64,000 bases of DNA from Blepharisma stoltei ATCC 30299 (Eukaryota; Protista; Ciliophora): the NCBI GenBank assembly GCA_965603825.1, contig CBFDEM010000063.1, positions 1 to 64,000 on the forward strand, written 5' to 3'. The notes beneath the pieces were generated by a model. The model saw only the letters and a program-made list of their open reading frames with translations, searched no databases and had not been told where the DNA came from. Shown here piece by piece: positions 14,137 through 27,333 of this stretch (position 1 is the first letter of the stretch; each line of letters opens with the position of its first letter). The position numbers were made by a program, and so were the translations under genes.

Positions 14137-15207
14137 TTATATAATGAAATACTCTTTCTTTGCTTGGTAATAGCCAGCCAAAAATGTTTGTTGAACACAG
14201 TCTTCAGCATCGACAAGAAGTGGATACAACTGATAAGATAGTGAATAATACATATAATCAATATAATCTCTTTTTCCCCAATAATCTTGTATGCATGCAC
14301 TATTAAATCTGCGATTTGTATTGCATTTTTGAATGCCAGTGCTTTGGATCCATTTTACTAAAGATTTCATAGCTTTTTGGGCTAAATCGTCTCCAGGGAA
14401 CAAGCTGCAATAGCTTTGGGCATCTTTGTTATACCCGCAAACGCACTGTCCAATCAGCTGGCTCTGTTTGAAATAAGGATCTTGAGTTGATAAGCAGTCG
14501 AACCCACTTTGGCATTTATTAGGCAACGTAGGAGATTTTACAGGGTTCATGCACTCATATACGGTTCCGTAAGTTTGGCAAATGCCTGAGTTGCACAAAA
14601 AATTTGTATTTATTGCCGAGCAATCTCCAACTGGGAAATGATTACTTATCGAAAAATAAGGGTAGCACGCACTATGCTGGGATGGATTATCGAATGATGG
14701 ATTACAGCCTGCTCCATTTACACAATCATTATCTGTTGAACACCCTACTCCTCCAACTGGCAGTTGTGGCTGACAAGTTTGATTGAGACATCGCAATCCT
14801 GGGTTGCAATCATCATGAGTTAGACAGCTTTCATTTAATTCTGAGCCTTGGCAAACTCCATTCAAACAGCCATGAACAGCATGAGAGCTGCAATCTTCTG
14901 TATATGAGCATTTTTCTCCAGGCCAAGCAGTATGCAAAGGAGCTGTTGGAGACCTAATACAGGTAGAATTCCCTATAAAAGATGTATAACAAAAAGGTGC
15001 CTTTACCGATTGGCATTTGTGAGCATAAAATACAGGCTGTTCTCCTGAGTTATCATAAAATGCACAAGTAGTATTAGTAAATTGCATTGAAGAAGGCTTG
15101 CAGGTGTAATTTGCACATTGGAGGCCTTCATCTTTTAGCACAGGCTGAAAGAAGCCTAGCCCAACGCCAAGCAGTGAGCAGAAAATAATGAAATGCTCAA
15201 CAACCAT
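14137..15207 (-). CDS. Secreted cysteine-rich protein (Dickkopf-N-like Cys repeats), ~356 aa
   Basis: ATG at 15207, signal peptide MVVEHFIIFCSLLGVGLG, CxxxxDCxxGxxC repeats, CVCGYN motif, TAA at 14137. Confidence 0.85.
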   Translation of the reverse strand: MVVEHFIIFCSLLGVGLGFFQPVLKDEGLQCANYTCKPSSMQFTNTTCAFYDNSGEQPVFYAHKCQSVKAPFCYTSFIGNSTCIRSPTAPLHTAWPGEKCSYTEDCSSHAVHGCLNGVCQGSELNESCLTHDDCNPGLRCLNQTCQPQLPVGGVGCSTDNDCVNGAGCNPSFDNPSQHSACYPYFSISNHFPVGDCSAINTNFLCNSGICQTYGTVYECMNPVKSPTLPNKCQSGFDCLSTQDPYFKQSQLIGQCVCGYNKDAQSYCSLFPGDDLAQKAMKSLVKWIQSTGIQKCNTNRRFNSACIQDYWGKRDYIDYMYYSLSYQLYPLLVDAEDCVQQTFLAGYYQAKKEYFII

Positions 15208-15236
15208 TTTATTAATTATCAACGTTATTTATCGCT

Positions 15237-16229
15237 TTACGACGTGTCTGAAGACTCAGAACGATTATTTTTTAGTGGCGAGTGTTCTTTTTCAATCACA
15301 GGCTCTTTAATAATCTCTTTGGATTTGATCAGCTTTAATTTTGGTACAGAATCTTTATTATACTCTACAGGCAAAATGCTTTTTTCTATTGTTTCAGGTT
15401 TTTGCATTTTATTTTTCACTTCAGTGTTGTAGATATAACTGACTGGGACACCGTGTAGATTTAAAGCTTGGATTAGCTTTTCGTATTGTTTGTCTCTCTT
15501 CATCATTTTATTTAACTTTGCTTCTAACTCTGTTATTTTTTTGCCTAAAGTGGCATTTTCCCTCACAATTCTTTCAGGCAGTGCAAATTTTGACTCATTT
15601 TTGTGGGCTGAAATATCATTTCTATAAGCCAAAATCTGCTGGTTTAGTTTTTCGTTTAAGTCATTGATTTGTTCCATTTGGTCTTCAATGCTTATTTCTT
15701 TTTCATCAATATAAGCTTCGTACCCTGACTTTATGCTTCCAAGGACTGCTGATAAAGGCTCTAGCCTTGATATCAGCTCTGTGAACGTCTTTTTGCACTC
15801 TTGATACCATTTTTTCGAACTAACTGGAGCTGTGCTTAGTTGAGAATTAAGTTCTTCATGGTATTTATTGTTTAGTCTCAATAATCCTGTATATGAAAAC
15901 ATTTCGTCAGGGTCCGGCAGCGCTTCCCCATTGAGATAAATTGTGGGTGAACAAGAATCCAGACTTTTATTCCTTTTGAAACTTTTATTTGAAAGTGCAC
16001 TATTTGTGCTTTGTCTGCGGTATGGAGGGTTTGTGAGAATTTTCAATTTCTTATTCTCGCTTGTAATAAGTCGACTGTTATAAGGCGAGGTACTGCGGGT
16101 CCTTGACGATTGGTTATAGACTGAAAATTTGGGACTTTCTGCTATGCTTGACCGTGAAATGAAAAATTTTTTGGAGTCTTTTACTGGTGTAAAATATTTA
16201 GGAGATGATGAAGATTTCGCTTTAAACAT
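15237..16229 (-). CDS. Coiled-coil protein with TSNAXIP1-N-like helical motif, 330 aa
   Basis: Uninterrupted ORF; FTELISRLEPLSAVLGSIKSGYEAYI followed by coiled coil. Confidence 0.75.
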   Translation of the reverse strand: MFKAKSSSSPKYFTPVKDSKKFFISRSSIAESPKFSVYNQSSRTRSTSPYNSRLITSENKKLKILTNPPYRRQSTNSALSNKSFKRNKSLDSCSPTIYLNGEALPDPDEMFSYTGLLRLNNKYHEELNSQLSTAPVSSKKWYQECKKTFTELISRLEPLSAVLGSIKSGYEAYIDEKEISIEDQMEQINDLNEKLNQQILAYRNDISAHKNESKFALPERIVRENATLGKKITELEAKLNKMMKRDKQYEKLIQALNLHGVPVSYIYNTEVKNKMQKPETIEKSILPVEYNKDSVPKLKLIKSKEIIKEPVIEKEHSPLKNNRSESSDTS

Positions 16230-16244
16230 TTTTATGAGTAAAAA

Positions 16245-16601
16245 TTAGTTGCTATTAATAAACTCTAAGACTTCTGTTTGGTTTTCGATTCTTCGGACGC
16301 TTTTGCCTTTTTCACGCATTATATCTTCGATTGTGGTGCCTTTGTCATGGAATCAGCCAAGGTGATCAGCTACAAGATGGTGGACGTGGCAGCCGTCACA
16401 TTGGACAATTACTACGCCATTATTGTACGCATCCTTTGAAAATGTTTTGGCACTTCGGGTTTTGCATACATTGCAATTGAAAAACATAGCATAAAGGCCG
16501 GATTTTGAATTTTTTATGCCTGGGAGCTGAAGTAATAGTGATAGGTTCTCCGAATTGAGATTGGAAAATCTTCGTAAAAGTCCTGCGAGTCTTGATACCA
16601 T
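16245..16601 (-). CDS. DNLZ: DNL-type zinc finger protein (Zim17/Tim15/HEP1 family), 118 aa
   Basis: CNVC...AYNNGVVIVQCDGC...HLVADHLG-[TGA=W]-F, matching the family IADNLGWF motif; mitochondrial-type presequence; TAA at 16245. Confidence 0.93.
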
Positions 16602-16900
16602 TTATAAGGTATCAGGCATCTTGGTATTTTAATGTGAAAATTAGTGAGTTTAAATGCCAGATTATTTTGCGGTATATAATCAGCCATTAATCGCTATGAT
16701 TTTTGCAGATTTTTGAAGCTATTGAAAATTTTTTTATATAATAAAATGTAATAAATTAAAATAAAAAGTAACCAAGCAATTAGAAAAATAGAATTTATTT
16801 AAGAGTAAAAGCCAGATAACTTCAATAGATACTTATTTCTTTTAACCTCCCTTTTGAATTTTTATCATTTCGTTTATAGGGATGTTTCATAATTTATAAA

Positions 16901-18031
16901 ATGCTCGATTTTTCAAATGCATTTAATACTCTACCAACAAGTGAAAGCTTGGCACAAAGAAAAGCAACCAAAATGAGCTTTATTAAGAAGGAAAACGAAG
17001 AGTTAAAGAGATATGCTTCGGAAGTAAAAAGTTCTTTGATGAACTATAAAGGGATTATTTCTGAGCTAATATCTGAAAAAAGCTGCGTTGAGAATAGCAA
17101 CAGGGATGAGACTCAATCTATAATTTCCAATAGGATCAGTGATATGCTTTTATCAGAAAAAAAAGAGCTTGAGAAGAGGATCAGAAAAGCCAGAAAAGAT
17201 ATATTTGAGTCTCTAGAAAGAGCAAAAGAAAGTGAAAAAATGGCAAATTATTGACTAAAAAAAGAAGAAAACTTGGTTCGAAGCTATGAAATTAAGATAA
17301 AAGGATGCTTGGCTGTGTCTATCGAAAAAGAAAAAATCATTGAGCAAGAAGTGACTAAGAGAAATGAAATGGAAAGAAATTTAAACGAGTTCTTCGCAAT
17401 GAGAGAAAATGAAATAACAAAAGAGGAGCAATGTGCTTTATTATTAAGAAAGCGTGAAGGATACTGTAAAATAATCAATCAATTAAATAAAAACTATGAA
17501 AAGGTAAAATTAGACTGCGAGGCTTTAGAGAAGAGAAATGAAAGGCTGTATGAAGAGTATAAAGACATGAAAAATTTATTAACTTCTAAAAGTATCATTT
17601 TAATATCTCAATACTCAACCCAGCTGCAAAAAGACTTCCAAAAATGTAAAAATTTGAATTTAGAGCAAACAGTCTGCAATGAGAAAGCTAGGGAAGAGCC
17701 AGAACTAAACTATGAGCAAGAACTCAAAAACAAATTAAAAATTCTAGGTAAAAAATTGCTGCGTCACCAATTAAAACTCCAATCTGTTTCAGAAGAAATT
17801 TCAAGGCAGCAAGTAAAAAGATCAGAGCTTTTAACTGACCAAAAGCATTTGCAAGAAATATCATCAGCATATATATCCGAGATTTCTTATTACTCAGATG
17901 CTGATAAAGAAAACCAATATCCTCTTTCACCTTCGTCAAAAATGAATCCTGAGAGTTTCCAAAACGATGACATTGAGAAAACATGTAATGGTCAAAGCAT
18001 TCTTGCTGAACTTGGAGAAATATCAATTTAA
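16901..18031 (+). CDS. Coiled-coil hypothetical protein, 376 aa
   Basis: Two in-frame ORF pieces joined by TGA at 17252. Confidence 0.8.
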
Positions 18032-18057
18032 TATAAATTTTCTTATTAACACTTTTA

Positions 18058-18600
18058 ATGAATCCTATTAGTGGCTGTTTATTTTACCAATACAATAACT
18101 CCTCTCGATATCGGGGCAATCGAACTCCAGATCCTTTTCGCCATTGTGAAGGTACATACCGAGTTATAAGTCCAGATCCTGCAAGTAGCTTTTATTTACC
18201 TGAAAGAGAACGCTTCGCGACAAGCTTTGCAGAAATTGATAGAAAAAGGAGAGAAGAAGAAATACATCGCAAAAATTATTCTGATTATAAAAGAAGAGAA
18301 TTTAAGGCAAATAAAGAAATTTTCAGATGACAAAATATTTTTGACAACGAATTAACGCAAAGCATGAAGTTAGAAAAAAGGAGAAATGAATTAAATCAAG
18401 GCCAAAAAAATAACTTAAATGATTCGTACAATCCAATAACATCTGAGTATTATAATACTCAGCAAGGGATGAAGTTAAAGTGCCTTGATGAAAAGAAAAG
18501 AACCAACTATAATATTAGATTGAAGCATATTGATTCAAAAATGAACTCTCCATATAATGTAATTAATGGCATCCCAAGAATATCAATTAAAGAACAATAA
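18058..18600 (+). CDS. Hypothetical protein, 180 aa (YNPIT/YNVING motifs, possibly ciliary)
   Basis: Two in-frame pieces joined by TGA at 18328; repeated YN(P/V)I motifs. Confidence 0.78.
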
Positions 18601-18739
18601 ATAATTAACTTTGATAAACGATTTAAACTATATAAAATTGCATCACCCTTGAATCATAATGCTCTACCCGAAATTGAATTATAAATTAAGCAATTAGCCT
18701 TTCTTTAATTTAAATTTTATTTTTCATCAAGAGTGTGTA

Positions 18740-19165
18740 TTAAACTGATGCTATCTTCCCTTGCCCTGATATTTTACCTATAAATTCATGTATGGACGGA
18801 GAATTGCATATATAAGGTCCAATTCCTGGGATATATTTTGAAGATGAATAAAGCTGAGGAAGAAAATCTCTGAATAAGTAGAAAAACCCAAATAATTGAA
18901 TGAATGTCCCAAAAATAGTCCAATTGCACAGTATTAGGAACAATCCTATGAAGCAGCATGCTGAACCTTTAAACTTTGAAGGCTTAAAGAAAAATAATGC
19001 CAAAGTAGATGCTCCAGCTATATAGCATGTGCCAGCAGTAAAGAGTAGATTTCCCAAGATAAGCAAAAAACGATCAAACCTCAATATCAGGCCTAAAAAG
19101 TAGCAAATGAGCCCAGCTAGAGTCAAAATTGAGCCTCCACTTTTCTTGGAGCTACTTAAATACAT
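18740..19165 (-). CDS. GOT1: Got1/Sft2-family vesicle transport protein
   Basis: Four TM segments; FDRFLLILGNLLF, FFFKPSKFKGSACCFIG and FGFFYLFRDFLP match Got1. Confidence 0.9.
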   Translation of the reverse strand: MYLSSSKKSGGSILTLAGLICYFLGLILRFDRFLLILGNLLFTAGTCYIAGASTLALFFFKPSKFKGSACCFIGLFLILCNWTIFGTFIQLFGFFYLFRDFLPQLYSSSKYIPGIGPYICNSPSIHEFIGKISGQGKIASV

Positions 19166-19610
19166 ATTTAATAAGCCTAAATTAATATTTAAAGTGCATA
19201 TAGAAAATCATTTAAATTAAGCACTCTAAATCATCATTCCTTAATTTTGAGATAACTTAGATTTATTATTTTAAATATTAAACTGAAAAATATCTTTTTA
19301 GCTTCTTAATTAAGATTTTAAGTCAAGATTGGTTTTTTCCCGAATTTATAAAAATGCATCAAAAACGAGAAATGCTAAAAAAGGCTTTAAAAGAAAATTT
19401 TCAATGATCAGAAAGTCAGTCCAAGAGTTCTTTAGCAATGCAAGATCTCAAACATATTTAGCAAAAAAAATGAGATTTTTATCCTTGCAATCTATTATGG
19501 AATTCACTCGATTACATTCTTGCAATTTTTAAACTAAATTATAGCATTAGATCAATGGCCCCATATTATTCCACAGAAATATTTACCAAGAAATACAGTT
19601 TATAATTAAA

Positions 19611-20768
19611 ATGAGTAGATATATAGTCGATATCTTATCTTCAGCTGCAAATCTTGAAGATATCCCTCGGTGTTCAAATATCATTCTTCTTGTTCCTGAT
19701 ACGTTCAGACCAAGTAGAGAAATTGAATCTCAGTTTACATCTTGCCAAAACATCGATCAAGCATTAACTGGAGGTTCCCTTTACATCAAGATTTCAAGCG
19801 AATTCGAGAGAGGCCTTATAATTGGCCTAATCTTAGGACGCTGACCTGATGCAAAGCTTCTCACCTCAAGGCAGGGTGTTTATCAGAAGTTATCTCAAAG
19901 AATAAATTTGCAGAAATACAGAGAATCTAGCTCGGAGAATTGCCACACTGAATCATGTGGAAGCACTGAAGCCTCATCAGTATATGCAAATAGTCCTCGG
20001 GAAGAGCGTAAAATCAATTTTCCCCCACAAAAACCTGTAGTAGCTCCACAACTTACAGCACAGGACAGGTATTTAGACAACCTTTACTATGAAGTCCTGA
20101 ATAAATTTTACGACAAATTTTTGATAGAAGTTGAGATTAGAGCTCCCAAAAAAAAATCAGTCCAAGCTCAATTGAAAAATTTTGCAGAAGGAGCCATTAT
20201 ATCAGTTAAAAAAAAAGCAGTGCCAGGAATTACTGATACCTTGCCTGGCAGTTTAGAACTATCTATGATGGTATATGACGATTTAGTAAGCCACAAAGTT
20301 ATCGAAGAAAGTGGATTGAATGTTTTTTATAATGATTTGTTGATAAATGAATACTTCGGAAGAGAAAAATCACGAGAGTTTAAGCCTATGTATAAGGAAG
20401 CTAGAAATCAGCGGCCTCCATCACCTCCGCCTCCACCTTCACCTCCCTCTAAGCCTGTTTTTGATAAGCAAAGTGCTGTTGATGCTGCATTTAAATTAAT
20501 GTGAAGACTGATATGAACTGATATTTACGAAGGAAATCCTGAGGATATAGGAGATCTTGTAATCATCATTGATAAGAGATTTGATAAATATCAAGCAGAA
20601 GAACCTGAAATGTTTCCAAACTGCATAAAGGATGATATAATTAAAAGAGCAATAAAACTGTTATTCAAGAATGAAACCATTTCTCTGTTATCAAATAGTC
20701 AGAAGAACCCTGAATTTATTTCAGAAAACTATAAGACAAATCGGAAAGAAAAAATTTTAACTCAATAA
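19611..20768 (+). CDS. Hypothetical protein with proline-rich segment, 385 aa
   Basis: Single frame through TGA at 19842, 20502 and 20514 to TAA at 20766. Confidence 0.75.
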
Positions 20769-20890
20769 TATTTATTATATAATCTAAAATATCTGATATC
20801 CTATTAATAAAATAAAGCTCACTCAGGATTTTAAATTCAAAATCAAATAAATATGTAAATCAATAAAATGCAATTAAAAGAACAATAAAA

Positions 20891-22870
20891 ATGATGTTCA
20901 ACTGGGAACAAATTTCACTGATTTCCAACAGCGAACGGACTCCTGAATTTGTTGCGGGAAATCCCAAAGAAAGAAATTTACAGCCTCAAGCACACATATC
21001 AGAAGATACTATTTTATCCCCCAGATCTGATGATGATTTTATCCCAAAGCAAGGGTTTGCTCAATTCTCAGACCATGCTGCAAGGCATGCTTCTGAATAC
21101 TCTGGGTCCAGCTGGCGTTCAACTCCACAGGAATTTGTAAATTCAGGCCCAGCATTTAAAAATATCCCAAAAGTTCCATCTATAAAATTGCACGGAGAAG
21201 TCTCATCCGGGCATTTATCGTCTAGAAGACAATACAGGTCAAGATCCTACTCTCCATCTCCTATCCCTTCTCAATATATTCCTTCAAGAGACACAAGCAA
21301 ACAGCCTACAATTGCGTCACAGAAAACTCCTCAGCATAAAGAAAACTCAATAAGGATAGAAGAGGACACTATAAGATCAAATAAAAGCATAAACAGCTCG
21401 CAGTCTAAATATAACGAAGAAAGCCCTGCCAGGAACCTACTGCAAAGGCTTGAAATCCCAAAATACCAAAAAAACGTAGACTCCATAATACAAGAAGAAA
21501 AAAAGGAAGAATCGTTTTCAATTCCAATAGGAAACACCAGGCTTGATCTAGTCCCAGGAACTAATCCTACGTTCACTGAAGAAGAGATAAAAGAAGCCTT
21601 CGATACTTTTGATATGGATGCGAACAATTATATATCTGCTGACGAAATCAGAACAATTATGGACACAATAGGAGAATATGTAACTGACGAGGAAATTGAT
21701 GAAATGGTGAGAATGCTTGATCTAGAAGGCAAAGGACAAGTAGCTTTTGAAGAGTTCTATCGGATGGCTACGGGCCAGCCTATTGGGCCTGTTGGCGGTG
21801 CTCTTCCCCCATCTCCTAATATGGTTCCTCTTGAGCAGAGCACTCACAAAGCTGCTTTAAGCACTAGCAAAAGTGCAAAATCCAATGAATCCGCCAAGCT
21901 CTCGACTTCAAAGTTTTCAAAATTTTCTCAAGAGTCATATAGACAGCAATCAGAAGAAAAAGAAAAATCAAAAATTAAAATTCCAAAAGAGCCAAGCCCT
22001 GAGCGAAGGAAGCAATCAATTGATGAAAAATCAGCCCCAAAAGTTCTGAGAAGGTTTGATATAGAATCAATGAAGCCTCAGCTACCTTCTCATCAAGTCG
22101 AGTCAATTCAGTCTATAGATTCAAAAAAAATTGACGACGATTTTTTACCACCAGTCAGGATACGCAGCTTAAAAGACCAGCTGACAAGCCAAAGAACACC
22201 TGCACAGAAGCCTGAAGAAAATGTGACGAAATCATGAAAAATACCTGAAGAAAGTCCGCAAGAAGAATATAAAAACATTATTATTCCTACTTTGGAAGAT
22301 GCCAGTCATGAGCAGCAAAGTAATATACTTATATCAGAATTGGTCCATTCGACATTACTGACACCTCAGGCGGTAGAGAAATTGTGCAATATGTTTATAG
22401 TCAAAACAGGTAGCGAAAGTGGGCAGTTGCCATATGAAAAATTTTTAGAGCTTGTTAATGCAAAACTGCCACAAGAAAGATGGCTAGTTGATGATAGGGT
22501 TACTCGCAGGATTTTTTCAGTTTTAGATAAAGACTCAAATGGAGCCTGGAGTATCAGAGAATTTGTAGGTGCTATTTCAATTTTAGCAAGGCCAAACAAA
22601 GATGACCAATATGCTTTAGTTTTTAAAATCTTTGATACAGATGACGATGATATAATTACAAAAAATGAATTAACAAGAATTTTAAAATTAAATACAGCTT
22701 CTGTTAAGTCTGATGAACAAGCTTTGAAAAAAGCCCAAGAAATTTTACGCATGACTGGAAACGATGAAATGATGAATTTTCAAGATTTTTTGAGGCTCAA
22801 AGAAAAGCCAGTTATGCTGTTGTTTCCATTACAAGAAAGAGCTAGTAAAATAACGAAATTACTTGCATAA
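20891..22870 (+). CDS. EF-hand protein (calmodulin-like pair plus calcineurin-B-like C-terminal lobe), 659 aa
   Basis: EF loops DMDANNYISADE, DLEGKGQVAFEE, DKDSNGAWSIRE and DTDDDDIITKNE; pieces joined by TGA at 22235. Confidence 0.88.
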
Positions 22871-23063
22871 TAGTTAGCGTTTCATTATTCTTTGAAAAAA
22901 ATCAGCTTAAATCATGAATATATAAATGGAATTTCAAGGTCAAGATTATTATTTAATTCTATAATTAATTTTTCGCATTTTTTAATAAACCTGGACTGGG
23001 CTCAAATCACAGTTATAATTCTCAAGTAAAAAATAATAAATTTAAATAAAGTAAATTATTGCA

Positions 23064-26000
23064 ATGAAGTCCAAGTCATCTAGGCAGGCTCCAATTCAGC
23101 ACAAATCCGCTGAAAGCGACGATATTTTATCCTTAATTAAATCGGCAAAGCACGCGATAAATTGAAGAGATTTTAAAAAAAATAGCAATTTATCCAGCTT
23201 AAAATTCCCACAAAATAAACACCCAAGAACCCAAATAATCAAAAATCCAAAAGATGACCTCCCTGAGCTAGGAAAATATTTAGTAAATCTGAACACATCA
23301 GATATTTCATATCTCAAAGATGCCTTAAAGCCTCCAAAAACTGCCCTTCAGCCAATAGTAATTTTTCCAACCGATATCAAGCATTTAGAAAAGTTTCTAG
23401 AAGGGATGGACAAAAGCGATTCCCCAAGCGCCCATGCAACCCATCTACTAATTAACCAGTCTCTTTGCAAAAAAGAAGGCTGCCTTGATCACTTGCTAAT
23501 AAACAACCAAAGTGAGGGAAATCTCAGAAAAGGATTTCGGAGTGTAGCACTTGCATCGGAAAGATCAATTGATATATTAGAAAGATATGATTTAGGCAGT
23601 CCATCTGGTCGGCAAGAAGTATCAAACCTAAAAAACTGACTGGATTTAATGAGGAGCAAATATCTTAGAAGCGGTGACTCTGAAGATGAAAATACTTTAG
23701 AAGACCTAAGATCAGGCGAGCTAATCTACACAATATGCCAAAGAGAATTAATCCGTCAAGTGTCAGTATATTGTGTAGAAAGAGGAGAGTTATTAGAAGA
23801 AATATTTAAAGGCTTTGATTTTATTTACAAACAAAGGGAAAAAATTAAAGAAAGCTTATTCGAAAACTCAAAAGAAAAAGCAAAAATAGATCAATATGAT
23901 AAAGAAAAACTTTTGAATTTGCAAGTAAAAGATTTAACGCTTCAATTGCAATCTTTAACTGATAAATTAGAAGTGAATAAAGATAAAAAGAATGGGCTTA
24001 AAAAAGAACTGGAACTTCTCTCCAAAGAGTATGAGGATTTTAAGATAAAAAGTGATAAAAGTGCTGAAGAATGGAAGAAAATTGAGAGGAAACTGAGGAA
24101 GGAAATAGAAAAATTAAAAGATATTTATATGGAAAATGCACAGGATAGGCTAAAATATGAAAACTCGAAAACTGATTTAACTAAGATCAGTGAAAATCCT
24201 GCAGAAAAAGAAAGCTCCCTTGCCAATAACAATTTAAGGCTATTTGTAGGCAATGGCATAATGAATGTCAGCAAAACGTATAGATTTTCAAGAAGTGTAA
24301 AGCAAGGGATTGACATAGAAGTACAGACAGATATCCCGGATCCTCCGAAAGAAGTGATAATAGCTCCCGAGTCAAAATCTATAGCTGAACCCCAAAAAGC
24401 TCCTGAAGCTCCGAAAGTAGTTAAAAAGAAGACTAAAAAGCCTATATTAAGGAACAGATACTCCCAAACGGATTCCAGGCAAAACTCGATCAAAAAAATT
24501 AAAACTGAAGAAGTTGTAGAAGTTATCAATAATGAAATTCCTATAAAGCAGAATAATGAAGAAATAGAAGAAATACCAAATTCTTCAGACACTTCTCAAA
24601 ATGTTATTGAAAACCCTCCCGAACCACCTGTTCAAGAAGTTAAAATCGACGAAATAGAAGCAGGCCAAGACTCCCCAGATATAACTCCAAGAATGGAACA
24701 CCAAGGTACAGCTCAAGTCCAAGAAAATGGACAAAAACTATTAAACCCAAATAGCATAGGAGCAAAAGATAAAAAGCAAAGAATAATCAAAACAAGAAAA
24801 TCGGTGATGCTCGCTGCTCCTCCTTTAGCACTTAATGAAATAGAATCTGGGAAAAATAGTCAACCAATTTCGCGGAGATCAAAAAAATCTAGTAGAACTC
24901 TACCAAAAAACCAAGACGAATTAGGAGAATTGCAGTCTAAGTCAGAAAGAGACCAGAAAAGAATGTCAAATAGAGGAGATGACTCAAATCGAGAATCAAA
25001 TGAAAAATCACTAAATATCGATGCTTCAGAACAAGCTAATACGCCTAAGCTGCAAAAAGGTGAGACGATATCGAGGGCTAGTAAAGAGATAATTAACGAA
25101 GAGAAAACAATGAGAAAGGCAAGAGAACACAAGGCAAAAAGAAAAAGGGAAAATTTGAGTCCATCAAAAAAGGATGAAGTTAGCCCCGACATGCAGGATT
25201 CTGATTTTGAAGAAAATATTGATCCAGAAAGTCCAAATCAAGAAAACTTCGAAGCTCAGCAGGACGAAAGAGAGCCAGCAATCTCCGCAAATAGAAAAAA
25301 GAAATATAAAAAAAATTCAGTGAATAAATCAAGACCTGAAGAATCTCAATCAAAACTCGAAAAATCTTCATCAAATATACTTTCCCAAGTTCCTCAGACT
25401 TCTATTGAAATTCCTAGCACTCCAGAGCCTCCAAACTCAAACAGACTTTCTCCAACTTCTCAGCTTCACAGCCCAGATCTTGCACGTTCCTACTCAATCA
25501 CAAGTTTTAAAGAACTAGAAGAAGAAAACGTTAGCATTGTGAACATAATCCCTCCAGAAGCAGATCGCCCTTCATGGACTTTAGGCTACCAAGCAGGCTA
25601 TGAAGTAGGAAAACGTGAAGGTTTTCGGGACGGTGAAGCCTTTGGTATAGAAGAAGGGCAAATGAATGGCTACATAAAAGCTTCAAGAGAATACGCAAAT
25701 AACTCAAGAAACTCTCAGCTGGACGTATCTGATGAAGACTACTGGGAAACTGATAACCAGTCAGAAAGTGACGAAGATTACAAAGAAACTAAAGAAAGTG
25801 AGGAAAATAACACAGAAGAATCAGAAAGAAAACATAAAGAAAGATACAAAAAAAGAGTCAAAAGTATAATGAAAAATGAAATTAGAAAAATGGAGACAGA
25901 AAAGTTAGCTGAATTGCAAGAGAACGAAAGTGAAGAAGAATATGAAGATAAAGGATTGAGCTTTGATACTGAAAAACTTACGATTGAGAGTGAAGACGAA

Positions 26001-27293
26001 GAAGATTATGATGAGATTAAGCTAGACAAAGATATGAATAAAGAAGAAAAAGAAGCAAAGATAAATGACGAAAAAGGTAAATATAGCGGACATAGAGACT
26101 CAGTCGAAAAACCAAAAGTCAGAGAGGTCACCAAATTCGCTGAATTTCACTTCCACAAGCGCGAGACCAAAAGAATCCACAAAAAAGTCCTCTCTTCTGC
26201 CCCTCTTTTAAAAAAATTTTTAAGTCGTTCCATGAAATGAATTTTACGCAAAGCTACAATGAGCCGCAGAATGGTCAATAAAATAATATCTTCCTTCTGT
26301 ACATCTTCTTCATCAAACAAAATCAGCAATTCCTACTCTGTGCTTGACTATCTCTATAATGACATGTCAGAAAAATACGCCCTGAAAAAAATCACTGATC
26401 GAAAATTCCTTGAATTTATTGCTTCCCTCTTGCGGTCGTCAGACTCAAGACGTGCCCTGATGTTTTTAAAGTTAACTGGCCTCAGCGACAAAATAAACAT
26501 GAAAGGCTACTCTATATTTACTTTCAAATTCTATTTAAAGGCACTTTCATTTATGCAGAAGGCAAAAATCGGAATAAATTCATCATTTGACGAAACTGCT
26601 GATATTATTTATATGCCAACTTTAAGAGCTATTGAGTGCGTTAAGGATAAACTTGATGGAATTGTAGATAAAGCGGTCATGAATAAATTAATTTCACAAG
26701 TAGAGCAAGCCTCAATACAAGACCCTCTGAAAATAAACACAGGGCTTGTAGAAGAAGAATATGTGCTAGAGCTAATGGTGGAGCAGTATGAAGAATATCA
26801 AGGGAAAATACAAAAAGGGGTTGATGAAGCAGTTTCTGCTATAAAATGTAATGAAGATTCCAGTTACATGTCTAAATGTGAGTTTATGCTTCTCGCAAGA
26901 CATATTTCCCCTGTTAAATTTTCTGCCATGCAAAAAGATGATGCAGAGCTTAACATGAAAAATAGCATGTCTCTAGTTGATTTTAAAAGTAAATGCATAG
27001 AAAAAGGGATATTGAGTATCAATGATGTAAAATTGTTCTGCCAAGTAAATGACGAGTACTCAAAAGAAGAAATTTCAGAAGAAATTAAAACTTCTATTGA
27101 AGAAATGATAATGATTGTGAAAAATATTGAGAATATAGAAGAAAAAAATATTTTGAATAAAGAAGAATGGGAAATGAAGCTCACAAACTGTGAAAATGGG
27201 GTTGATGAGAGAGATGCTAAACTCACAAAGTTAGCCTGGAAGTTGTATCAAGATGAACTGCAGCGATTAAAGTCATTGATAAAAGAAACATAA
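23064..27293 (+). CDS. Axonemal dynein light chain-domain protein with long acidic linker and C-terminal helical domain, 1409 aa
   Basis: One frame from ATG 23064 through TGAs at 23163, 23637 and 26238. PSGRQEV...W...ELIRQVSVYCVERGELL is the p28/AXDND1-type motif; also a GYxxG repeat. Confidence 0.82.
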
Positions 27294-27333
27294 TTTATTA
27301 CAATATTTTATATAATTTATCAGAGTTAAATAT

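Noticed and set aside
19329-19604. Short ORFs upstream of gene 19611 (ATG 19354 frame with one internal TAG)
   Set aside because: No GT donor to remove the TAG and no recognisable motif
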